Below are positions 45,334 to 59,700 of a stretch of DNA of 64,000 nucleotides, one piece after another. This DNA comes from Chrysomallon squamiferum (lineage: Eukaryota; Animalia; Mollusca), in contig CM022665.1 of the NCBI GenBank assembly GCA_012295275.1, positions 12,028,001-12,092,000 on the forward strand. Reading direction: 5' to 3'. The notes under the pieces are model-generated. The model was not told where the DNA came from and made no database searches. It worked only from the letters and a program-made list of their open reading frames with translations. A program made the translations under genes and the position numbers. Position 1 is the first letter of the stretch; each line of letters opens with the position of its first letter.

Positions 45334-47603
45334 CGTAATGATGATGAAAATAATAATAACATTAATGATGATATGATGATAAACCCTATTTTCAAACACA
45401 CCTTCCTATATCCTCTTTAAGCAGAGATTCCATAATTAATTATTATTAATAGTTATGAAGGAATCTACAGTATTCATTGTACGTAGGCATTTACATGCAT
45501 ATGTATTCTTTCATGTTTGTCTTAATAGGTGAAAATACGTATTTACAATTTAGATCTACACATGTGTTTAATAATCTACATAAATGCATGCTTAATTACA
45601 TACATGTACCTACATATATATATATGCACGTGCGTGCATACATACATACGCAAACATACATATATTCATACATAAATGGATGCATACATACATACACACC
45701 GCACATATCTGCACAACGCATGTAAACTTTGAATAATGTTACTTTGAAAATTGTGTGATCCGTATAACAGTTATATAATGACTTTATGTTCAACACTAAA
45801 AAGGACAAAAACGTTTCGGAAATGAGATAATCTGAGGTTTGGACAGCTGTGTTAATATAAATGTGTTTTTACCGTTATCGGATTTGTAACTTGCGCGTTT
45901 GTGAATACCACAACGCGATCAAACTAACACTAATCAATATAGATATTACTACATCAAACAGTACTTAAGTCAACTCTTAGAAAACATTACACCGAAGTAA
46001 TTAAAACCAGGGCGTACTTTCAAAACAATCGATCACGAGTTGTTTGTGATATATTTAATTATGAATTCGTAAATGCGTCATTCACTAGCCAGTCAGCCGA
46101 ATCAGTCAGTCAGTCAGTTCATCAAAGAGGTATGACTGTACGATCAATCTCGAATATTTTTGAGCACACTATCCATTTAAAAAAAAAATATTTCTTGAAG
46201 ATTCTTGCATGTCTCCTGTGGATACAAAATACAGGGACTTGGTTTATCTGTCTACAACACAATCTTAGAGAAAAAAGAGAGTGTGTAAGTCTTAAGTTTC
46301 CCAGACTAACTTTAATAGGCCAGTACTGAGGTACGATCCAAGAACCTATAAGCTTTATAGTCGATTGCTTTACTACTACGTAACAAAGCCGGTAGTTCGT
46401 CGAATTTTCAGATTGGAAATAAACTGGATTTCGTTTTGTTTATCATTTAAAAAGATATGTTTTGTTAAATATCCAATAAATTTGAACAAACTTCACTAAC
46501 TTCTTCGATCCAGTATTCAGAAAAGTCTTTCTTAAATATTTTAAGCTTTATAAAATTATAATGTTTTTTCTCCCTGTAGAAGTCGTTAAAATAATGAAAA
46601 TCAACGAAACAGAACCAAAAACAGGATTTTGTCGAAATAATAAACCTCTTCTTGATTAAAAGTTTTCTAAATTTATTTATTTATTTGTTTATTTTTTTAA
46701 ATTTTGTTTCTAAAGACAGATACATAACAGTTGTTTGACACTGTAGGTGGTCATTACTTTGGCATTATATTATGGATGCTGTGGTTTTTAGATTTTAATA
46801 AAAAGAACACAGATATTATTGAAGCTGCTTTTAACAATCGTACTGGTAAATTGCATGGCTAAATAGAACCTATTTTATGTATATTAAATATATTTATTTT
46901 TCCGAAGTAAAAAAAAATATTACAGAAAACACATTTTAACTATAAAAGAATCCCCACATAACAGCACAGCCTTTTTAGAAAACAATTTACTATAAAGTTT
47001 GATGAAAATTACTCCTCAACAAAAATGAGTTTACTTCCTAGAAGGGTCAGTTGCATAAATCTGCTCAACTTCCGAAATATACATCCACTCAAAGAATGAC
47101 TGAGAGAAAACGGAAGTTGGAAGGTGAGCTTGTGCCGAATCCAAGAACTGTCAGTGAAATCAACATTCCAGAAATTCTGAAAAAAACCTTAGAGGAGACA
47201 AATTTCTGCTACATGACTCCAGTGCAGATGACCCTGAAAGATTCTTCATCTTCAGAAGAGAAGAAAATCTTCAGTACTTGGCTACTAATGTTCACTGGTT
47301 TGCAGATGGAACTTTCAAAATCACATCTCATCTTTTCTATCAGCTGACAACAATTCAGCGCGGTTTTGTCATGCGCGCTTATGTCGTCCCACCATATATA
47401 TATATATATATATATATCATGGCAGTAACTAGACTGTTTTTGAAATGAGGCAAAAAATGATGTCTTTGAAGTCAGTTATGTCTTTCATCGCAACGATGTC
47501 GGTAGACTTCAAACGGTAACCGTAGAGGTAAACGAATTCATTCGGTGGATGTCGTTTCTATCAGAATAGAGATTTATAGTTTATATTTTTAAAATAAAAT
47601 CTT

Positions 47604-47640
<37 letters not shown>

Positions 47641-48707
47641 ATATAAAAAAAATATCGTCAATTTCGGTATGAGGCATTTATATATATATATATATAAAGG
47701 AAGACGTCGTCCAGATAATGTAAATCTGTATTCTTTTGTTGCTATATTCTTTTAATTGGATGTCAAAACAAATGAGAAGTATACAGAACATATCAAATAA
47801 CAAAATTAATTCAAATAATTAGTTTGACTCTAGGAAGAAAGTGTACTGATAACGAATAATATATTTAGTTAAATTTGTCTTCAGTTATTGTAATATAAAT
47901 TAATAAAATATAATAGTATATTTCTTTTATTATTTATGTTTAATCTTGATATTCTTCTTGATGGATAAAACTCTTTCTGACTGAAACTAATTAGTGTATA
48001 AATGAGATTTTAAGCGGTAAAAAATAATATATATCAATAAACACTTTTTAAAGCATACATTTCGTCAAATATTTCAAACTGATTGCTAAATCAACATAAA
48101 AACTGAAACGATGTGAAATTATTACCAATTATCTATAGAGTAGCTTGATATCGTATTCTTCATTATTCTAACATTTTATTAAACTTTTGACTTATGGTCA
48201 TTTTATATTTATTTATTTATTTATTTATTTATTATCATTACTGGTTGTTGTTGTTATTATTATCATTATTATTATAATTTTTATCACTATTATTAAAATA
48301 ATTTTCATCCTCATCATCATCATCATCATTATTATTATTATTATTATTTTGGCTAATACAGTTAAATGCTAAACAGACTTTTGTGCTAACAGTCTACTTC
48401 ACTGAAATATCATTACAACCGGTAAAATGTCTGAATGACAATACGACGATATGAAATGAACCTTGAGTTATCTAATATCTACGTATTTTGGAAACGTATA
48501 ATATAAAGTGACAGAAAGTTAAAGAATAATTTAAGGATTCTTGTTTTTTATATAGTTAACCCAAAGTCATTAAGATATTTGTTTTACAAACAAAACAGTT
48601 ACGTTTTGAATAAACTAGGAACGAATGATACGCTGATTTTATTTACGACTTTCTACAGGAGTTAAAATAAATAAATAAATACATTTTCGACATAATAATA
48701 ATAATAA

Positions 48708-48738
<31 letters not shown>

Positions 48739-49084
48739 AAGAAGAAAAAAGAAGAAGAAGTAGAAGAAGAATGGAGTTTTGTTTGTTTTGGTGGGTTTTT
48801 TTGTTGTTCTTTTAAAGCGAGACACAAGATGGAATAGCTTTATGATATATCTCTTTATTTTTTATGCACTAAATTCATTTCCATTACTGGGACAGTATTA
48901 CTAGATCATAGTTTGGAAGTAAAAAGCAAAATTATATCAGAATTTAATGGCTACGTTTCTAAATGAGACAGGTTTAAGACTGAAGTAAGTCTGTACCAGT
49001 CTTTATATTAATATTTAATTACAAATATGTTTCTTTGGATCTGTATATAAATTGTATGGTGTTATTTCTATAGGAGCAAACACG

Positions 49085-49130
<46 letters not shown>

Positions 49131-50571
49131 TTCTATAGGAGCGCACACACAAACACACAAGCTTCTTTTTTTTTCTTTTTTTTTTAATATATATTAGCAT
49201 TAATTATATTGATACTGGCCACATGTCCATCAAGAAAAAGTCTGAATTCTGAAAAATCGTAGGATATCTACAGTCATTTTCATGTATTAAAAGAAGAACT
49301 GAAATGCAAGGCATGAACTTTATTCTACATATTTTGAAAACAATATATCTGTAGAAGGTGATGTATAAAAATAACCCTATTTAAGAAAATATTTTCTTTG
49401 AAAGGAATTCACAAGTCTTTGATTCGTCACTGATATATCGACGAAACAGCAACAAGTACTAAAAACCCATGTTGTTTACTAATTTTAGTACTAAAATTCA
49501 GACTTGAGTTGACGTCATCTGTTACGGTCCACTGGTGAACCTTGGATTCCTGATCAATTAATTCAATATGAATACTACAAAGGAAGTCATTTCAACTAAT
49601 GGCTTTCATGTCCATCTGGTTACAAGGGACACTGAATGTATTGTGACCCCGGTAACCAAGGTTTTTCTCTGTTGCCATATCCGGTCAGCAACGTTTTGGT
49701 GTTCGGTCTACCGAGCTTGAAGAAATTCCAGTATCGACCGGCTCCCAGTATGGATCGGATTATTGCGTTTGATGGATATAAACAAGCACTATTTCAGACT
49801 TTTTAGTTTATACCTATTCCTATGGAGATCAATAATTAGCAGTGAATAACATATTCTAAGCCAATTAATTATTAAAAGAAAATTTCTGGTGTGTATTTTT
49901 CTATTGTTCGCACATTTCGATGATTCTTCAAAGCTTATGAAATATTTTGTTTTATTGACTTGGGTGAAAAAATAAAAATACAAATAAGTGACAATAAATA
50001 TAAGAAAATCAGTAAGAATGAGAATGAAAATAAGGGCAAGAATAAGAATAACACTAAGATAGTAAGAGTAAGAATAATAATAAGTATAAGAACAGGAATA
50101 AGAATACGAATACAAATAAGATTACCAAATTATTAATATCAGTTATTTTGTTACAAGATTCTTAAAAATAATAATTACTGAAAATATCAACGTTTTAAAT
50201 ACAGAAAGTCGTATTTATGTAGACTATAATTATCAATGTAACCCTTTGACGGGAACATCGTTAAAAGTAATAATTTGTCAAACGTAACAAATTACTAGGT
50301 TGGTACTTAGTATTAGAGAACTTTTTTTAATTTGTTGTTGTTGTTGTTGTTGTTGTATTTATCAGTTGCAATGCAGTCTATAGTTATTGTTGTTGGCTGT
50401 TTCTTTTAATTAGCCGTGTATAAACAGTTATATCTTTACGACACGAAGGAGAGAAAACATTTATAAAATAAAACACGCCAGGATGCGTACAAAATGTAAA
50501 ACTTATGAATAATTATTTTTTTTTTTTTTTATATTCATAAACCATTATAAACAACACCAAAATTAAAATAA

Positions 50572-50625
<54 letters not shown>

Positions 50626-53600
50626 TAAAATAAATAAATAAATAAATACATTAGTAACGACAGCAAAAATAATCTTCCTTCCAACCAACAACATAAAAGT
50701 GTTCAGTAAAACAACAATAATAATAAATAAAAATACCATACAAACGAAACAACAAACAATAACAATACATTAAGATAACTATAATTCCAGACAAACTGAA
50801 ATAAACAATACATTTTAGTTTAACAAAACAAACAAATAGAATCTCTCTAATTAACCAAATAAAAACAATCTATTTAACAAACAAATCGTTCAGTGTTTGT
50901 TTAACAATTTGCCTGCATTTATCAAAACCATTAAGGTTCTCTATTTAACAAAATATGTATCTTTTTAACAAAGCAAATAATATTTCTTTTTAAAAATAAA
51001 ACTGACTCTTTTAACGAAAGGAACAATGTGCCTCTATTCAACCAAACAAATTACATCTCTGTTTTGAAAAATAAACAGTGTCTTTTTATTTAACTGTACA
51101 AGCAACTTAAGAATCACTACACTGATGATAAGTAAATAAATTAAAAAAACAAACAAACCCACCACCAACAACAAGACACAAAAAACCCAACTACAACACA
51201 TGAATGAATGAATGAATAAATAAATAAATAACAAAAAAGACTTGATAAATTCTTTTTATCGATATTAACATCCATAAATATTCTATCATTATTAAAGCCT
51301 ACTGTCGTCAAGCGAGATTATTAGACTTTGTAGTTGTGATATCAACACGATCTTCTCTGTGTTGCGACATGATAACTCCAGGTAACCGTTTGAAAGGTAA
51401 TCTCGGCTATTATCATAGCATGTCTGGCTGTCATGCGACAGACTAGCTGTAAAATAACAAAGACAATAACAAGCATGGCTCTAAGAAGACAGCTTTGTTT
51501 TGTCCGGAATAGATTTACATGAATACCCGTAGATTAAAAAAAATAATAATAATAATAAAAAATAAAAATAAAAATCGTTTATGTATACTGCAATTAAAAA
51601 TGATAAAAACGTATAGTTGAAAAATGTTTAGATTTACTTCAGTGTTCCTGACTGTGGGTGCCAGCCAGTGCGTCTGTGTATAATTTAGGTGTGTGCGCAT
51701 GCGCGGGCGTATGTGTTTGTGTACGCCTGTCTGTCTGTCTGTCTGTATGTATGTATGTATGTGTGTGTGTATGTATGCCAAAGAGGTAAATTCTTCTTTA
51801 ACAATAACAACAACAACAACAACAGATGATAACCAATAAAAAAACAACAACAACAATAACAATAATAACAACAACAACAAAAGCTCTCAGACGCCATATT
51901 ATATCAGAGTAATCAGGGAAGGCTATATTTATCGGTGATATTCGTCTAAACCATTTATAATCGTTCTAGGGTGGCGTGGCGAGAGCGTTTATTCTGTTAC
52001 CCGGCATATATCTAAACACGGCAGTTTCCTCTCCCAGGAAGCCAAAGTAATCATTCCATTACGCGTTAATCGCAAACAGAAGCCCGCCGATTAACGTGAT
52101 CACGTGACACTCTATTTCTGAAGCATCTAGTCTTTTACAGCTTCCGTAGCAGGCCATGTTAAGTGTTGCAGACGTAGAACGTAATGTTATCGGGGACATG
52201 GAAATAAATATTAAATAAATATTTAAAAAAAAATAATAATAAAAAATGATCATAGGAACAAAGAAAACAGAAACCAAAATAGTCAAAGTACAGATAAAAT
52301 GCTTATACATACACGATCGCACGCAGTCATGCATAAACACATTTATAATAACACCATCTATCCAACCATTCATCGATCTCTATATGTCTGTCTATCTATA
52401 TATCTATCTATATATATATCTATCTGTCTGTTTATATAATTATTATTTTTTAGATTTTATTTATAACTTATTTGTAATCCATAAATGTGTGTGTATATGT
52501 ATGTAGATATATATATATATCTACATCTATAAGTATATATACGTGTGTGTGTGTGTGTGTGTGGGGGGGGTATATGTATATATATGTCTGTATGTATAAA
52601 GAAATCGAAACCATAGCAACAAAGCAAGAAATAAATCAACAACATAAAAGAAAGTAACAGAAACCACACGACAACAGTAACAACAAAACTATAATAGACA
52701 GACATCAACAACATATTTTATATAATAAACTAATTACTGTATTGTTATATGTATTAAAACTCAAACGGATAGTAACAATAATTTTACGATAAACAACATA
52801 ATTACAGTGCGTAGTGAAGCAGTAATACATAAATAAAAAAAAATTAAAAAAATAAATAAAAAGAAGAAAAAAAGAAACACACAACAACAACAACAAAAAA
52901 CATGGTCTATTAAGTTATATTATCTATCAGAACAATAAGTCAAATAAGTCGATATCTCGCCGAATCTAGAAAGTAAATATTACTTTAGATTACCATGTGC
53001 CAGAGTAGTTAGTGAGGTTTTTTGAATCATGCAAAAAACACGTACGCTGTTATAAAACGCAGATAAATTACACTTTATAGAGGTTGGGTAATATGTGATA
53101 GTCCCAAAAGAGGGAGAGATAGTCAAATACAGACAGACATACAGATAAATAGACAGTTAGATAACTTGATAGACAGCGATAGCTAGAAAGATAGATATAA
53201 TGATTGACTGATAGATAGGTAGATACACTGTATTTTAAAACATATTAGAAAGAAGCTTATTAATGCATGTATTATTCGTTGTGTATCTACAGGTATATCC
53301 ATCCATCCATCCATCCATCTACCCAGCCATCCACCCACGCTTCCATCCATCCATCCATCTATCCATATATCTGTCTACCTTATAACAATCGAAAAGATTA
53401 AAAAAAAGTCTGAAGAATACAGAGAAATTACGGTTTCAATCAGCGCAGATTACTTTTTTGTGATAACGTCCTACGAACAGGCAATCCAAGCATTATAATT
53501 TAACCAGACACATCTTCCCCAAGGACGCGACAGGCACATTATTTTATTTAAACAGCATAATGACAGCATTTTCAAAGGTCCGCTGGGAAATTTATTTTAT

Positions 53601-56353
53601 CTCAAGATACGGTGACTTGATCATATGACTGCTCAATTCAAGGATTAATAACCAAGACATGATTGCTCAATTCAGGGATTATTTCAGGGATTATTCACCA
53701 TGGCACGATTGTTCAGTTCAGGAATTAATAATAATAATAGTCTTTAATGTAAACAGACGTCGCGTTATTAATGAAATGGATTTTCATCGTATTTGTATAA
53801 AACTTGTGTTAAATAATAATTCTTTCTGGTTTTTTTTGTCTTCTGGAGATGAGATTTTAATGTTGAGCTTTTTGCGAAATTAAAGACGTTTGCCGTAGAA
53901 AGGAAATAAAAGATTTACTTGAGTAATTACCACAAACGAAACGGCTGTTGCTTCATTTAATCGAAAAGATTATTTTAAGAACCCCAAATAAAACAAACAA
54001 GTATGTAAAGTAGTCTATTGTGAAGTGAAGACATTTAAAAAAAAAAAAATTCTGGTAACAACAACAACAGCAAAAAACAAAACAACAACAACAAAATAAC
54101 AGCAGCAAAAACAACAAACAAAAGCAACAAAACAAACAAACATACAAACAGAAACGAAACAAAACAAAAGCAAACAAAACCCATCAATCAAAAAAGCCTA
54201 GGCTGCATGTAAAGTGATCTATCTATGAACTGGAACAACATTTTTTTTTTTTTCTGTTGGGAATAACCCAATTTTCTAGTAATTATTTTTATACGTTTAT
54301 ATTACATATAAAAACAGTCGTTATTATTATTTTATTATTATTATTGTTTTTGTCGTATTTTTTTTTTTTTTTTTTGGTTGCTATTGTTAGCATTGTCGTT
54401 ACTGTTATTTTCAAACGGTAGATGATAATTACATACTAATGTTTGTTAAAATTATTAAGTAATAAAATTTAAAAAATACCATTATCACTAGGGGTGATTA
54501 ATAAAAAAAATCTTAAACGTCCGATTATTTTATCTTTATCATAATTTTTTTCATCATTATGTTTTGTTAACAGGTTTCATAAACCTTGCTCTAAAGCCTC
54601 AAATACTATGAAACGTTATAGAGAGTACTTTTCTAATATATTTAGTGGGTAACAAAATTTATATAAGGGAACTATCTGCAAAACGTCTCCCTGTATTTTA
54701 AACGCTTTGATATACACTGAATATTCAGTCAGGGAAACTTTAATTGCACACTTTGCCCGGGGAAAAAGTTAATATATTAGATGATCATTTTCTGAGAGAA
54801 AAAAAAGGTAAAAGATCTTATACTCTCCAATTATATTTTTGTTAATACTCATTACTGGGATAATAAATATCAGATACTAAAATAATATCAGACCGCAGCC
54901 ATTTCGTGAGTTCTGACGTCATCGGGTACAAGGTGGAGTCACATAACTAGAAGAAACTTTAGAACAGTTCGTCTCAGGGCCTAACTTAACAGCATTGCAG
55001 GCCCCCGGGCAAAGTGACACATCCCGTCTCCTACATACACAACGTCGACAAATTTAATAGCAGGAGCCCACAGGAATACCAGGATTGCACGCGCCCCTAG
55101 ACCCATGGGGCCCAGTTTGTGCATGCCATTACTGATCCACCCTGTACGCGAATATTTCACAATTACAAAAAAATTTCGGTGCCCATATTTTTAAAAATTG
55201 TATTCATTAGTTGTTTTTCTTCTTTATTAATTAAGACAAATGCATCATATCTTCAAAAAATATATTTACACAGTTTCTTTATGTCATCAAACGTACACTT
55301 CAAATCATGAATACTCAGACAAATGAACTGTCTTTGACCTATTTCGGTTTCGATTTACTGTTTGGAGAATGATGTATCAGTAACTATGATACGTGCCTTC
55401 ATGCCTTTGAATTTTGTCACCAGTCGATAACAGTAGACCATTTCTGAAATAATTAATCATACGCTTGACGTCTCTATAGTTTTGCAATTTTCATTTTTGC
55501 ATTGTAAAGCGATATGTAAGTGATACTATGTAGACATATTGTTATAGTAACAGCGGTTAGCCTTGATCTCTTATCATTTGTTAAATAGTTGTTGTTTTTT
55601 ATTGTTGTTTTTTGGGTGTTTTTTTTTGGTTTGTTTATCTTTATTTAAGAATTCTCTTGATTTTGACTTCATTTGACTGGACATATACATTGTAATCATA
55701 TGTATGTATGTATGTATAATACCTCTAGATATATATATGTATAATATGTGCAAGTATGTTTGTATATTTCTGGGTATACAATCATATTCGAAAATATGTC
55801 CATACACACACCCACACACACATGCGTGCCTGCGTGTGTCTGTGAAAGTAAGTATGTAACATGACATCAATACAGTCATTAAAAACCCTCTGAGACATAC
55901 ACTTTCGAATAGTTCACTTTAATAATTCAGTCAGCCTTTGTCACTTTTGAAAAAAAAAAAAAAAAATCAAGCGAGCTTTTAAGAATTTAAATATTACTTT
56001 CGTTGTATTTTTTAAAGTCACGTTATTAATTATTTACTGAAAAAAAAGAAAAGAAGCAAGTATCAGTTTACAGTCCATGAAATTTTGTCGGAGACTTACA
56101 CACATACAAAGTTCGCTGACAAATCGCTTTTCCCTACCGCTTAATAGATTGGCAAATCGGATTATGGAGTCTGCATCGTTTGTGTTTCAATAGCTTGTCA
56201 GTCACTGTGACCTTCTGGTATTAGACGCAAAGTGTCGTTTCTCATAATATGTATTAATATGAGATCGATAAGAGCTTGTAGCAAATCAATGATTAGTGAA
56301 GAATGAAATTAAAAAAAGATATTTTTCGTATTGTTAAAAAAAGAGAGAAAAGA

Positions 56354-56404
<51 letters not shown>

Positions 56405-56679
56405 TTTGTTTGTGTCTGGAAGTAGGGTCTTGACTCCTGAAATAGAAAATGGAATATCACATCAGTGAGTAATATACATCTAAACACATACACGAACACA
56501 AACACAAACACAAACACACACAAAACTGGGGCAGTTTAAATAATTTAATTTTTTTTGCAGCGTCTTATAAGATTACTAATGCGAGGTGTCAGTATTTATT
56601 TCGTACTATTATTTTAACATTTATATTTTTTAGATTGTCATTTGATCACTTATATTAACAAATATACCGACGGCGCACG

Positions 56680-56712
<33 letters not shown>

Positions 56713-59700
56713 ACGCACGCACACACACATACAAAAGACAGACGTAAAAAGATATGGAAAAAGATAGTATGGTATAAAAATGTATCTTTCGTATCCAGTG
56801 TAACAATTGTTACATTTTCCCTCCAGTCTTTCTGTATTACATTTTAATTATGTATGACCAAATTCAGATCAGGTTACTATTTTAAAATCACACGTGGCGC
56901 ACGAACATTTGAAATGGTAACTGACGTTTGCTGTTACAACAATCGAGAATGTTCTGTTTCAGCACGGCGAGAGTCACTGTGGGTCTCGGTGGTCTGAATT
57001 CATGTCTGACACAGCCCGTATTGCTCTCACAGAATTTTTAAATTCTTTAGTAGCCGATATCTACCAGTCGTAAAACATTAGCAGTACTGAAACACAAAAC
57101 TCATTAATGTTTAACCGTGTTTCGCGTACCCCTGGGGACGTTCCAGTAGACACCAGGGGATACGTAAGCAAAATTCTGTAATGGCGGATACAGAAAGTAA
57201 AAACAATATTTGTATAGAATTCCACTTCAGTAATCAAACTCGTCCGACCCTGAAAAATGGTCCAGTAACCGTTTTTTTTGTTTTTTTAAATTGTTTTTTT
57301 TGTTTGTTTGTTTTTTTCAAACGTTATAATTTCGCATTATATTTTATCTAATTAGTACTGTGCAGATTTTGTTCATATATTAACTGATCCTATTCAAGCT
57401 GCTCTGCTATGACATTTGGAAAGGGGTATGAGTCAACCAGATATTTTCTCATGGTGGGTATAGTTAGAATTTTTTTTTTAAACTTTTGTTCTAGAAGATA
57501 TAAAAGCAGAAACTGTGGTCAGTTTCAGTGTTTAAGTCGTAAATTCAAAATGTAATTCAAAACTGGGAAATCTACACTCAGCAGTTCGATTATTAATATG
57601 TTACGTACAGAGATAAAGTCACTTCTGAAAAAAAGACGGGATATGTAAAGTATTTATTTTCATCTGTCTGTCTATCTGTCCGTCCTTCCGTCCTACCGAC
57701 TTTAGGAGAGAGAGAGAGAGATAGTTTATTTATAAAAAAAAAAAAAAAAAAAAAAATATAAAAAATTAGAATAAATTATCTTTAAGAAAAAATTGCCGAC
57801 TAACATAAAAACGAGTAAATTTGTTTTGGATCATCCTGTTAAAAAGCAATTTCGGTTACCGAAATAATATTACGCAATCGATTGATCGATAATATCGGAT
57901 AATTCAAACATGCATCGTTTAAAGAAAGTCTCTCACATCAGGTGAACATTGTGACATTAGAATGGCCACATTGAACTGACGTATTGGGTAAGTGCACTCA
58001 TCTATAAAAACATCCTTGGTAACAACGAAGCCAAGCCAAATGTTTCCTGTGCCGCATTAATTAACGCATCTTTTCCGGAAATGGAGGTATATCGATTTCG
58101 ACGTTCTCGTGCCGTGATTTAGATTAAAACGATTTGAACTACTTCAGTCACAACAGATACGAGATATTAAGATCGATTATCAGAAGCAGAGAACTAGACG
58201 ATATACTAACGATTTCGTTATTGGTACGAATTATAGTCGTTGACAACGACAATGACGAAAACAAACAACAACGACAACAAACAGACGACCTTCGATGGCG
58301 AGAGAAAAAAAAAAAAAAAAAAACAACAAACAAAAACAAAAACAACAAAACAAATAATCTTTAAGAAATGGAAATAACTGAGATTAGTAAAGATTTGAAG
58401 ACTATATAATCATATGTTATTTCATCTTTCTTTCTGAAAGTAGATACATACATACATACATACATGCACATACATACATACATACATACATACATACATA
58501 CATACATACATACATACATGCATGCATACATACACATACACACATGCACATACGTACACATCAGAACATATATGCATCCATACGCCAGTACATCTATCCA
58601 TCCATTCACCCATACATACACACATAAATTCATGCACCATTTTTTTATATTTAAAAAAAAATAAATATATAAATTCAATTTTATTCATCATTCAGAGCAA
58701 GTCAAGTGATATATTTCTATACTGCAGCAACACCTATCTATATTTAATGTTGAAGTATTAGCTGCAAAGCATCACTTTAACAACAACTAACAATTAAGCA
58801 AATGAAGCTGATGCCACTACCCACTGATCAATATATTTCTTTATTCAAATACCTTTACACAGATGCACCATCAGTTTCACATAATACAATGTATTGTGAT
58901 TCCAAGTAGACTAAAAGAAACAAAGCACAAAGATACCTAAGAACCCAATATTAATAACAGTATTACCTATGAGATTATGTGAAATACAGCGCTTCTTGTG
59001 GGATCATTTTGAAACGAAGTATATAAATATGTCACTGTTGGTTTTTAAATTCCCAGTTTAACGTTACGGTAGATAATGATATTGTTGTCGAAATAATCAA
59101 TTGCAAATGAAGCTGGTTGCATCCGTATAAGCGACTGTCTGTGAAAACAATGGGAGAAAAGTATTTGTTATAGGACATGTTTTAATGATTACTTAGTCTG
59201 CGAGGTGGGATCTTGTACACAATGGTGTGTATTTTAACAGTCTGAGTGTGTCCTTTGCAACGGAAAAATAGTGAAAGATTAAAAAAGAGTCATAACAATT
59301 GAAAACAAAATGCTGAGTTTTCAGAAGTCTTCGCTTTGGTCATCTTTGTCTTTGTCATTGTCACGAAACAAAACAAACTTAAGTGACCCAGTACTTTGTT
59401 TTGGTAAAGTATTAGTATTTCATTCCTGAACTCAGCTGAAGTCTTGCTGACGGAATTTTTGCAATAGAATTTTTTGTGATGCAATAGTTAAGGCGGCTTT
59501 AAATTGGTTTAATTTATTTATTTTCAATGTTTATGATAAAAAAGAATTTGCTGAAATAAACAAAGCCGCTAAGACAAATTTATTTACGGCAGCTATATAT
59601 ATAAAAAAAAATATTTAAAAAAATGTTTCTACAATTAGTCAAAAAGTGTGGTATTGTAAAAAAAAACCATTCAAAATGAAGGCAAAATTCTGTTAAAATA

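Noticed and set aside
56958-56980. RE1/NRSE-like TTCAGCACGGCGAGAG
   Set aside because: Only the left half matches and the GGACAG core is broken; likely a chance match.
39692-59484. Many 60-120-aa ORFs rich in F/I/L/Y/C/V or ER/SL repeats
   Set aside because: Translations of homopolymers and microsatellites; no splice or homology support.
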